Source of the DNA: Candidatus Bathyarchaeota archaeon
GTDB lineage: Archaea > Thermoproteota > Bathyarchaeia > 40CM-2-53-6 > RBG-13-38-9
Length of the DNA stretch: 41,609 nucleotides
NCBI GenBank assembly: GCA_018396565.1
Contig: JAGTQO010000004.1
Span: forward strand, 1 to 41,609
Direction: 5' to 3'
Within the stretch, counting starts at the first letter, position 1, and every line of letters starts with the position of its first letter. Positions 17,223 to 25,524 of the stretch are shown here, in pieces. The translations under genes and the position numbers were made by a program. Under the pieces are notes generated by a model. It saw only the letters and a list, made by a program, of their open reading frames with translations. It did no database searches and had not been told where the DNA came from.

Positions 17223-18914
17223 TTGGTGATCCCTTTGGGTAGATGGATAGTTAACGCTGCCTGGCCGTATGTGAATACAGTCCCCCATCTTGGAACATTC
17301 ATACACCTTCTATCGGCAGATGTCTACGCAAGATACTTGAGGTTGAGAGGGGAGGATGTGGTGGCTGTCACGGGGTCTGATGAGCATGGAACACCAATAG
17401 AGGTCGAGGCTCTGAGGAGAGGAATTGATCCAAGGCAGCTCACCGACCATTACCACAGCATCATGTTGGATCTTCTTGGAAAATATTCGATATCATTCGA
17501 CAACTACACTAGGACCGAGGCTCCGGCCCACATCGATTTCACTCAGACATTTTACTTGAACCTATACAATAGGGGCTACGTCTACAAGAGGCAGGTTGAG
17601 CTTCTACACTGCAATAGATGTGACAAGTTTCTTCCAGATAGGTTTGTGGAAGGTATATGTCCACACTGCGGTTTAGATGGTGCAAGGGGTGATCAATGTG
17701 AAAGTTGCGGAAGAGTCCTCGAACCTACAGAGCTTAAGAATCCTAGATGTGTATTCTGCGGATCCCAACCTGAGGTTAAGGAGTCTACCCACTGGTTCTT
17801 CGACCTTCCCAAGCTCGAACCTGATATTAGAAAGTTTCTCACCGAGAACAGGCAGCTCCCAGAGAACGCCAAGAACTTCTCCCTCAGATGGCTTGAGGAA
17901 GGATTGAAGCCTAGGGCCCTCACAAGGGACAACAAGTGGGGTATCCCAGCGCCTTTTCCAGGATCTGAAGGAAAGACGATATATGTATGGATGGAGGCAG
18001 TTCTGGGTTACATCTCAGCTACAATAGAGCTTGGTGAGAGGTTAGGTGACCCAGAACTCTGGAGGAGGTACTGGCTCGACAGGGAGACCAAGAATATCCA
18101 TTTCATAGGGAAGGACAACATTCCATTCCATACTATAATATTCCCAGCCCTACTCATAGCCTCCAATGAAGGCTACACGCTACCATGGCAAGTCTCATCT
18201 ACAGAATTTATTCTATATGAGGGGCAAGGAAAATTTTCCAAGAGTCGAAGAATAGGTGTTTGGATGGATGAGGCCCTGAAGATAGCTGACCCCGAATATT
18301 GGAGGTATGTTCTGATCGCTATCAGGCCTGAGATGAGGGATGCAAACTTCACATGGAAAGAGTTTGAGAGACGCGTAAACACTGAACTTAACGACATCGT
18401 AGGCAACTTCTTCTATAGAACCTTAACCTTCATAAAATCGAATTTTGAGAGTAGGGTCCCCAATTTAGAAGCCCCATCACCAGCAGATGAGGAAGTGATG
18501 AAAACTATTATGGACGTGCCTTCTAGGGTTGGGTCTCTGATGGACAATTTCAGACTCAGAGACTCCTTGGCAGCGATAGTTGATCTGGCTAGGATCGGCA
18601 ACGAATACCTCAGTAGACGTGAACCTTGGCACATGATCAAGACTGATAGGCAGGATGCTGCGAATGTGATAAACGTCTGCAGCCAACTCGCCTCCTCAAT
18701 CGCTATTCTCCTATACCCTTTCATGCCTAAGACATCTGAGGAGATTTGGAGGCAGATAGGTTTAGGTGGTAGGGTTGAGGATAGATACTGGAGCGACGCT
18801 GGAAAAATGCTTATTGAACCAGATCATAGGATCGGAGAACCGAAGCCCCTATTTAGAAAGATAGATCTTCAAGAGATAATGAGGTTATGGTCCACAACAC
18901 CAGGTCAGGTTTAG
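17223..18914 (+). CDS. metG: Methionyl-tRNA synthetase
   Basis: PHLGTFIH (HIGH-type motif), four CxxC zinc knuckles (CNRCDKF, CPHCG, CESCG, CVFCG) and KFSKS (KMSKS motif). The start codon is GTG. Confidence 0.95.
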   Translation: MVIPLGRWIVNAAWPYVNTVPHLGTFIHLLSADVYARYLRLRGEDVVAVTGSDEHGTPIEVEALRRGIDPRQLTDHYHSIMLDLLGKYSISFDNYTRTEAPAHIDFTQTFYLNLYNRGYVYKRQVELLHCNRCDKFLPDRFVEGICPHCGLDGARGDQCESCGRVLEPTELKNPRCVFCGSQPEVKESTHWFFDLPKLEPDIRKFLTENRQLPENAKNFSLRWLEEGLKPRALTRDNKWGIPAPFPGSEGKTIYVWMEAVLGYISATIELGERLGDPELWRRYWLDRETKNIHFIGKDNIPFHTIIFPALLIASNEGYTLPWQVSSTEFILYEGQGKFSKSRRIGVWMDEALKIADPEYWRYVLIAIRPEMRDANFTWKEFERRVNTELNDIVGNFFYRTLTFIKSNFESRVPNLEAPSPADEEVMKTIMDVPSRVGSLMDNFRLRDSLAAIVDLARIGNEYLSRREPWHMIKTDRQDAANVINVCSQLASSIAILLYPFMPKTSEEIWRQIGLGGRVEDRYWSDAGKMLIEPDHRIGEPKPLFRKIDLQEIMRLWSTTPGQV

Positions 18915-18916
18915 AG

Positions 18917-19558
18917 ATGATTCTCAGAATAGACACTCACATACATACAGTCCTTTCAGGAGACGCCTCCACACAGGTTAACCAGATCCCTTCGATTGCC
19001 AAATTGAAGGGACTTGACGGTGTGGCGATAACAGACCATGATAGATTCTCCAATCATCATATCGATGGTATCATAGTAATACCTGGAGTGGAGGTGAGTG
19101 CGAGGGAGGGGCATATCCTAGCTTACGGTGATGTTGAAGAAATCAGTCCAGGACTCTCCGTCGACGAGACTGTGAGGTTGATACATGAAAGGGGAGGATT
19201 AGCCATCCTGGCCCATCCCTACGATGTGGTTCGTGGCGGTGTCAAGCCTGAGATGGTGTCTGAGAGGCTTGACGGGATCGAGACTATAAATTCTAGGTCG
19301 AACCCTTTCAGGCTCTCCAAGCATCTTGCGGAGAGGGCTTCGAGGAGACTCGGCTTACCATCCTTCGGCGGAAGCGACTCCCATACACCTGAAACCATTG
19401 GAGACGCATATACCTGCATCGACTCCGACTCCAGATCGTTGGAAGATATCTTGACAGCTATGAGGGATGGGAGGGTTCAAGCAGTGGGCGGTCCAACTTG
19501 CTGCGTGAATATTCTAAGGAGGGCTGGAAGCAACTTTACCCGTAGGTTCAGGATATGA
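18917..19558 (+). CDS. PHP-domain metal-dependent phosphoesterase
   Basis: IDTHIHTVLSGDA...AITDHD...GVEVS...LAHP...GSDSH are PHP motifs. The ATG is 3 nt after the metG stop. Confidence 0.75.
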   Translation: MILRIDTHIHTVLSGDASTQVNQIPSIAKLKGLDGVAITDHDRFSNHHIDGIIVIPGVEVSAREGHILAYGDVEEISPGLSVDETVRLIHERGGLAILAHPYDVVRGGVKPEMVSERLDGIETINSRSNPFRLSKHLAERASRRLGLPSFGGSDSHTPETIGDAYTCIDSDSRSLEDILTAMRDGRVQAVGGPTCCVNILRRAGSNFTRRFRI

Positions 19559-19565
19559 CTTGTCT

Positions 19566-20939
19566 CTAAACCCTTGGGGAAGATGCTATCTCCGAGCATA
19601 GGTATCTCAAGTTAGCTGAGGTAACCTTGACCCTCAATCTTTCACCTAGAAATCGTTCTCCCCCAACCATAACCTTCTTGTAGTTATGCGTTCTCCCAAA
19701 TGCGCTATTCCGCCTATTCTTCTCAATTACATTGATCTCCTCGACAACACCGATCATCCTAATGTTTCTTTCAAGGATAAACCTCGCTGCAAGGTTTGAA
19801 AGTCGACGTGACCTCGAGGCGACAACATTACTCTCCAACTGCTTCATCTTCGCCGCCTCCGTTCCAGGTCTCGGCGCATACTTTGAAATGTTTATAACAT
19901 CTGGACTTGTGGTCTCGATAAGCCTGACTGTAGACTCGAAGTCTTCCCAACTTTCCCCAGGGAAGCCGACTATCAGGTCTGTCGCTATGGAGATTGTTGG
20001 AAACTCTGAACGGAAAGTTTCGACTAGGGAAACGAAGTCTCTCACTGTATACCTTCTATTCATTAATCCCAATATTCTGTCGGAGCCAGACTGAACTGGG
20101 ATATGTAGAAACTTGTATACCTTAGGGCTTCTATAAGCCCTGATCAGTTCATAAACTATCTTTGAGGCATGGTCTGGATTCATCATACCGACCCTGACCT
20201 TGAACTCGCCGTCAATACTCACTATCTTCTCCAGAAGCGTTCCAAGATTGTATCCGTCAACTTTGTAGCATGCGGTGTCCTGGGCTGTTATCTGGACTTC
20301 AAGAGCACCTTCAGCTACGGCTTCCTCAACCCTTTCGACTATTTTATCCGGCTGATATGCGTAGAGTCGACCCCTAGCGAATCTTGTGCAGCAATAGGTG
20401 CATTCGCCAAGGCAACCTTCTGAGATAGGTATAATCTCCACGAGCCTATTGAGCCGCCTTTTAGGCAGTGAGGCCTTGTCCTGAGGCTTATTTGAAAATC
20501 TGATTTCTCCAACCGATCCCCCTGCAACCGCGTCAGCCACCTCAGCAACCTCAGATATTGATGTGGGGTCTATGATTCCGGAAAAGTCTGGGACAGTCTT
20601 TTTTATGCTGTCCAGATCTATTCTTGGCAGGCATCCAGATATTATGATGGGTTTCCTGTAGCGTCTCAACTTTCTGAGTCTCTCAAGCATCCTATCTTCA
20701 GTGACTTTCTTGACAGCACATGTATTTACGATAATGATAGTAGCTTCCTCAGGACTCTCCACCTCCAAATATCCAGATTTTTCTAGGATTGCTAACATTA
20801 TCTCCATATCGCTCTTGTTTGAGGCACACCCGTAAGTTTCAAAATACACAGTCTTGAAATCATTCTTGCAACATTCCTTACCGGCCTCCAGATAACTATC
20901 GGATCTTGGATATTGTTGGTGGATAGGAGGCTCCGCCAT
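19566..20939 (-). CDS. Radical-SAM methylthiotransferase, MiaB/MtaB (CDKAL1-like, archaeal type)
   Basis: N-terminal UPF0004 domain (ETYGCASN..NTCAV..SGC), radical-SAM motif CLGECTYC, and a C-terminal TRAM-like segment. The start ATG overlaps the upstream moaD-like stop (TAATG). Confidence 0.85.
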   Translation of the reverse strand: MAEPPIHQQYPRSDSYLEAGKECCKNDFKTVYFETYGCASNKSDMEIMLAILEKSGYLEVESPEEATIIIVNTCAVKKVTEDRMLERLRKLRRYRKPIIISGCLPRIDLDSIKKTVPDFSGIIDPTSISEVAEVADAVAGGSVGEIRFSNKPQDKASLPKRRLNRLVEIIPISEGCLGECTYCCTRFARGRLYAYQPDKIVERVEEAVAEGALEVQITAQDTACYKVDGYNLGTLLEKIVSIDGEFKVRVGMMNPDHASKIVYELIRAYRSPKVYKFLHIPVQSGSDRILGLMNRRYTVRDFVSLVETFRSEFPTISIATDLIVGFPGESWEDFESTVRLIETTSPDVINISKYAPRPGTEAAKMKQLESNVVASRSRRLSNLAARFILERNIRMIGVVEEINVIEKNRRNSAFGRTHNYKKVMVGGERFLGERLRVKVTSANLRYLCSEIASSPRV

Positions 20940-21229
20940 TATACTCCTCCACCTACCGGCGGGATTATGACGAAGACGCATCCATCGTATAGCCGGGTCT
21001 CCATCCTATCGAGCATCATAATGTTTCTTCCATCCAGTAGGAAATTCAGGTTTGGAGAAGGCTCTGCGCCTCCTTTCTCATATACGTAGTCTCTGAAGGC
21101 GACGCCATACATCTCCGATAGAACTTCAAGTAACTTCTTGACCGTCGTATCCTCCGGTAGGGTTATGGTCTCCTCAACCTTTCCAACTATCTCCCTCAGA
21201 TGGGCGAAATATTTTAGCTTGACCTTCAT
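20939..21229 (-). CDS. MoaD/ThiS-family ubiquitin-like small sulfur-carrier protein, C-terminus ..PPVGGGV
   Basis: The 96-aa beta-grasp pattern (MKVKLKYFAHLREIVG...LLDGRN...VFVIIPPVGGGV) is typical of MoaD/SAMP, except for one residue after the Gly-Gly(-Gly). Confidence 0.7.
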   Translation of the reverse strand: MKVKLKYFAHLREIVGKVEETITLPEDTTVKKLLEVLSEMYGVAFRDYVYEKGGAEPSPNLNFLLDGRNIMMLDRMETRLYDGCVFVIIPPVGGGV

Positions 21230-21334
21230 CCTGAAGCACTTCTGAACCTGTGATATTTAATTCCTTAATAAATGGTATCTGGATTCCTAGAAGATTTAAG
21301 TCTGGTAAACACATTAAAGGTTCGTGGCGGTTCG

Positions 21335-22153
21335 ATGTCTACTGAATCCCATATAGATCCAACAGCCAAGGTTAGCGTTGATGCTGAGGTCGGGGAGGGG
21401 TGTTACATTGGGCCAGGGGTGAGAATAATAGGCCACGCCAGGCTCGAAAGAAATGTGTGGCTCGACTCCTACGTTACGATTCTAGGTGAAGTGTCGATAG
21501 GTGAATATACTTATGTTGGGTACGGGTGTCTCATCGGACATCCGAAGAGGCAGAGTATCATCGAGATTATAAAAGGTGGAAGGGTTGGGGCTGAGGTGTC
21601 AGGCCAATCAGTCTTGGGTAAGAGGTGCATCGTTAGGTCTGGAACAATCATCTATACAGACTTCACGTCCGGAGATGAGGTTGAGATGGGCCACAACGTC
21701 CTTCTCAGAGAGGATGTGAGGGTAGGAGATCGGTCCCTGATAGGGTCGAAGGTGGTAATAGACGGTGAGACAATCGTGGGTAAGGGTGTCTCAATCCAGA
21801 CAGGCGCCTATATATGTCGAAAATCTATAATCGAAGACTTTGTGTTCGTAGGGCCGAATTGCGTATTTACAAACGATAAGTATCTGATGCAGAAGATGTT
21901 TGAGCTCAAGGGTCCAACCGTCAGGAGAGGCGCCAGCATAGGTGCGAACTCCACCCTCATGCCAGGCGTTGTGGTGGGTGAAGGTTCTGTCATAGGTGCC
22001 CAATCCGTTGTTACAAGTGACGTACCAGCAAGGACGGTTTATGTAGGGGTTCCAGCGCGCAGGTTTGGTAAGGTTCCTAGAGACTGGTCTCCAATCTTGA
22101 GGGTCGATTATGAGAGGAGGCTGGGAGAGGTTGGTGCGGATGGTTCGAGTTAA
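21335..22153 (+). CDS. Left-handed beta-helix (hexapeptide-repeat) acyl/acetyltransferase
   Basis: Repeated [LIV]-G-x-x-x-x hexapeptides run throughout (IGPGVRIIGHARL, IGEYTYVGYGCLIG, IGANSTLMPGVVVGEGSVIGAQSVV). Confidence 0.7.
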   Translation: MSTESHIDPTAKVSVDAEVGEGCYIGPGVRIIGHARLERNVWLDSYVTILGEVSIGEYTYVGYGCLIGHPKRQSIIEIIKGGRVGAEVSGQSVLGKRCIVRSGTIIYTDFTSGDEVEMGHNVLLREDVRVGDRSLIGSKVVIDGETIVGKGVSIQTGAYICRKSIIEDFVFVGPNCVFTNDKYLMQKMFELKGPTVRRGASIGANSTLMPGVVVGEGSVIGAQSVVTSDVPARTVYVGVPARRFGKVPRDWSPILRVDYERRLGEVGADGSS

Positions 22154-22527
22154 ATCTTCTCCACCCTGATCCTCTCACCATCCCTGACTTTTCTGAATAT
22201 CTTTGCGTCGCCGACTATTCTTCCAAAGATGTTAACTGGACTAGCCGCCACCGGCTTCTCCCCCCGGCTGGCAGGTGTCCTTCCAAAGAAGATGCAGAAA
22301 CAATTCCCGGCAGGCCAGTAGCCGCAATCGCCCACCTCAACCTCCCGCTGAGAATTCTCCTCATCTACGTCGACTGGTATGCTGAAGTACACCTCCTCCC
22401 CCCAAGTGTTGGCTCTAGAATCGAAAGGCAAACCTTCAATTACGGCCTTGGCCGTTTTCGGATTTTTGTCCTCCAGTACCTCAGCCTCCACATATCCCGT
22501 GCTCTCTGTATATATTCTGATCTTCAT
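22150..22527 (-). CDS. Cyclophilin-like superfamily protein (PF04126-like)
   Basis: NPKTAKAVIEGLPFDSRANTWGEEVYFSIP...GDCGYWPAGNCFCIFFG resembles the TM1367/Cyclophil_like family. Confidence 0.5.
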   Translation of the reverse strand: MKIRIYTESTGYVEAEVLEDKNPKTAKAVIEGLPFDSRANTWGEEVYFSIPVDVDEENSQREVEVGDCGYWPAGNCFCIFFGRTPASRGEKPVAASPVNIFGRIVGDAKIFRKVRDGERIRVEKI

Positions 22528-22915
22528 ACTGGTTTCACATACTCCCGTATATTGTTCTGCGGCTTTTTGTGTGTTGGCTGACTCCTCCCAACCGTCAGTA
22601 TGGCCAGACGTAGACTGGAAGAGGCCAGTAGTAGTAAGGGAGAGGTATCATGTATGAGTACGGGATCAGTGGGTAATATAATGTGTATGGAACGGTCCAA
22701 GGCCAATATGTGTATACTGGATACCAGGCCAAATCCTTCACCTATCCCTTTTTAAGATATGAAGGCCATTTTAAGTTTTCTAACAAGACAAATAAGTCTG
22801 TTAGCACAATACTTAAACAGAAGGTCTCTGGAGGCCAAGCCTCATTATGGGAGTTGTGTACTGGTCTGGAAGAAATTGTAAGAGATCCCTGTAAAGAGTA
22901 TTGGGAGGATTAGGA

Positions 22916-23458
22916 ATGGTTGACTTTAGAAGACTCAGCGAACACCACTTGAGGAGGCTGGCAGCGGATTATCCTGAATCTGCAAGCTACCCAGGGGCCC
23001 TGGAGAGGAAGATTCTTGTCATCTGGAATTTTCTGAATGAGAAGCCTCCATGTACGATTGAGGAGTACAGTATGTCGTTGAAGGAGGGTGCGAGGAAGGA
23101 GCTTGAGAGGAGGTTGGAGGAGGAGAGGCGACGGAGGGCTGAGCTCGAGGCTAAGGAAGCGAAGAGGAGAACTGTCTTGATAAAGAAGCTTAAGAGATGG
23201 CTTGTAGGCATCGAGGAGCCTATCACGGTCATAGAGGAGACGGGGCATCTAGAATGGAAGTGTCCTGTATGTGGGAATAAGGCCAAGTTCGATCTGAAAG
23301 AGCATATCGATTCGATAGCGAAAGGAGGATCGACCATCCTGACATGGTCATGCTCCGGTAAGGATGTTGTTGAAGGCCCGCCTCACTGGGGGCTGACGAG
23401 GGAAGTGAGGCTGGCCCAAGGTGAAGAGATAAGTAGGAAGATACTTGAGAGGGAGTAG
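22916..23458 (+). CDS. Hypothetical protein with a charged coiled-coil and a zinc-ribbon-like CPVCG motif
   Basis: ATG 22916 is preceded by GGAGG. It has an RLEEERRRRAELEAKEAKRR helix and WKCPVCGNKAKF...WSCSGKD. Confidence 0.45.
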   Translation: MVDFRRLSEHHLRRLAADYPESASYPGALERKILVIWNFLNEKPPCTIEEYSMSLKEGARKELERRLEEERRRRAELEAKEAKRRTVLIKKLKRWLVGIEEPITVIEETGHLEWKCPVCGNKAKFDLKEHIDSIAKGGSTILTWSCSGKDVVEGPPHWGLTREVRLAQGEEISRKILERE

Positions 23459-23628
23459 GCTGCTGAAAGGTTGATGAAGAATTTGAGGGAGGAATCTTTG
23501 GCATGAAGGCGCATATTCATTATACAGGTCCATTCAGGCTCAGCCAAGCCATCATCGAGAAGATATATTAGTAAGGTGTATGGTCTAAAGCCTCTCAGCA
23601 CCAGTGCAAATGTTGGATGTGAAGACGT

Positions 23629-25320
23629 TTGAGGCAGCCGGCTATAATCCTTACGCTCCTCACCATTTTCGCAGTCTCATCTATCATCCCGCCAGCCAAC
23701 TCCGTGACATACGGGTATGTCTTGGGAGCGGAGAGAAAGGTTGTTATAAGCAAATATGGCTTAGCAACATTCACAGATGTTCTGTCGATCTTTAATAATG
23801 GGACTTCACCGATGAATACTCTGGAATTCATTTATCCTAAAGGTTACTCTTCAATGCTCGATTCAGTCGATGCTAGGGATGCGGATGGAAAGACTCTGAA
23901 GGTTGAGAGGGTCATCGACCAGTCCTCTATGATTTTAAGGATAAACCTAGAAACGCCTATCCAGCATGGATCAACATTCAAGGTCTATATGAAAATGGTT
24001 TTCTCAGGTCTCGTAACCTTCGACGGGATTGATTATAAGTTATCTCTACAGCCATACCCAAATATCCCCTTGAGCATGGCATCATGCAACATCACAGTAA
24101 TATTTCCAAAAGACACCACTCTGAAGAGTTGGCCGAACCAAACATTTACCAGAAGGACGGTCGATGAAAAGCCAGCCTTGATTGGAAGGACCAAGTCCAT
24201 GCAGCCACTCTCAAGCGGGGAGGTTTATATCAAGTTTGGAAGTGAGGGTTATGAGCTCCTGTCCTTCGAGTCGATTAGGAGGGAGGTTGTGATGGACCTG
24301 CTGGGCCGACTGACCTCCAAGGACACATATAAGATATTGAACTTGGGTAAGGAGCTCAGCTATGTGACTATGCCGTCACTCGAGGGCGTGAGGGAAGTGA
24401 AAGCCTATGATGCTACAGGTCCGATATCCGACAGAGTCAAGTTTAAGGATGATTCAATCCAGGTCACGCCGAGATTCGGAAAACTCAAGACGAACAGCTC
24501 ATTCTCATTCACCTTGGAATATGATCTGCCGATCAACGGATCGATTAGGAGGACCAGTTGGGATGGAGACTACAGGTTGACGTTGATGCTTGCTTCGCCC
24601 AGCGATTATGTTGCTAAGAATTATAGGATTCAAGTCGACCTACCCAAAGGGGTTGTCGTCAACCGCATCTCAGTGGAGGCCAATTCAACCTCGGTCCTTC
24701 CTGACGGTAGCTATGTATTAACCTATGAGTATTCTAAGGTCGTACCTGATAGAGAATACAGTCTGACTGTCGACTACAAGTATAAGCCATTCATGTATGC
24801 GATATATCCTGTCGAGTGGATTCTAGCATTAGAGGTCATAATCGGCGCTTTGGCTTCAGCAATAATTCTCAGAAAGCCACCAAGAATCATTTCCCCAACG
24901 TCTGTGGGGAAGATCAGAAGGTACATTGAACTTCAAGATGATAAGAGGGCTTTGAGGCTTGAGCTTGAGAGGAGAAGTGAAGAGTTGAGTAGAGGGGCTA
25001 TTACCAAACATGACTATCGAAGGGTGAGGAAGTCGCTGGATTCGAGGTTGAGCGAGATAAACAGATCCCTTGCAACATTGAAGAATGAGTTGAAGAGCAT
25101 CGACTCGAGATATTGGGAGATGGCGAATAGGCTCGAGAGGGCGGAGAGTGAGGTTGAAGCATTGAAGGCGAGTGAGAACCAGCTTACAAGCAGATATAGG
25201 AGTGGCCAATTGAGCAGGGAGGTCTACGAGTCGATGCTCAGCGACTTGAGGAAGAGGATTGGAAAGGCTGAAGAGATTATTGAAAGCATAATTGTGATGC
25301 TGAGGGAGGAGGCTAGGTGA
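23629..25320 (+). CDS. Type-I membrane glycoprotein: signal peptide, ~370-aa external domain (ribophorin I/Ost1-like?), one TM, coiled-coil cytoplasmic tail
   Basis: TTG start. Signal peptide MRQPAIILTLLTIFAVSSIIPPANS. Six N-x-S/T sequons. TM segment VEWILALEVIIGALASAIIL. The tail has two G-x-[IL]-[TS]-x-x-x-Y SHOCT-like repeats. The functional assignment is tentative (see findings). Confidence 0.6.
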   Translation: MRQPAIILTLLTIFAVSSIIPPANSVTYGYVLGAERKVVISKYGLATFTDVLSIFNNGTSPMNTLEFIYPKGYSSMLDSVDARDADGKTLKVERVIDQSSMILRINLETPIQHGSTFKVYMKMVFSGLVTFDGIDYKLSLQPYPNIPLSMASCNITVIFPKDTTLKSWPNQTFTRRTVDEKPALIGRTKSMQPLSSGEVYIKFGSEGYELLSFESIRREVVMDLLGRLTSKDTYKILNLGKELSYVTMPSLEGVREVKAYDATGPISDRVKFKDDSIQVTPRFGKLKTNSSFSFTLEYDLPINGSIRRTSWDGDYRLTLMLASPSDYVAKNYRIQVDLPKGVVVNRISVEANSTSVLPDGSYVLTYEYSKVVPDREYSLTVDYKYKPFMYAIYPVEWILALEVIIGALASAIILRKPPRIISPTSVGKIRRYIELQDDKRALRLELERRSEELSRGAITKHDYRRVRKSLDSRLSEINRSLATLKNELKSIDSRYWEMANRLERAESEVEALKASENQLTSRYRSGQLSREVYESMLSDLRKRIGKAEEIIESIIVMLREEAR

Positions 25321-25524
25321 ACAGATAGCGAGATAGGCTTCTGACGGTTTTGGAGTATATTCTGGCACCTTTTATGGATATGTATGTTTGAGACGCAGCC
25401 CCCTCACCCCTCGATAGTGGGGTTAAACTTGGCCTCCACAATCTCTGTGGGGGTTTATCAATAGTCCATTCTTGGCCGGGGACCTACCTTTAACGACTTA
25501 TGGGCGGCTTGCGCGATGGCTTGC

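Noticed and set aside
22150-22153. Convergent genes sharing a TTAA, so that both stop codons overlap.
   Set aside because: It is real but trivial. Such 4-bp stop-stop overlaps are common in compact genomes and imply no special mechanism.
22683-22913. 76-codon GTG-initiated ORF in the long intergenic gap, ending 2 nt before the next gene's ATG.
   Set aside because: It is not called as a CDS. It has no Shine-Dalgarno motif, no in-frame ATG and no recognisable motif, and it overlaps the AGGCCA/tandem-repeat array. It is kept only as a note inside the corresponding finding.
24856-25368. 170-aa minus-strand ORF.
   Set aside because: It is antisense to the coiled-coil tail of the 23629..25320 gene. 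Stop codons appear depleted in this repetitive GAG/AAG-rich coding stretch. It has no motifs.
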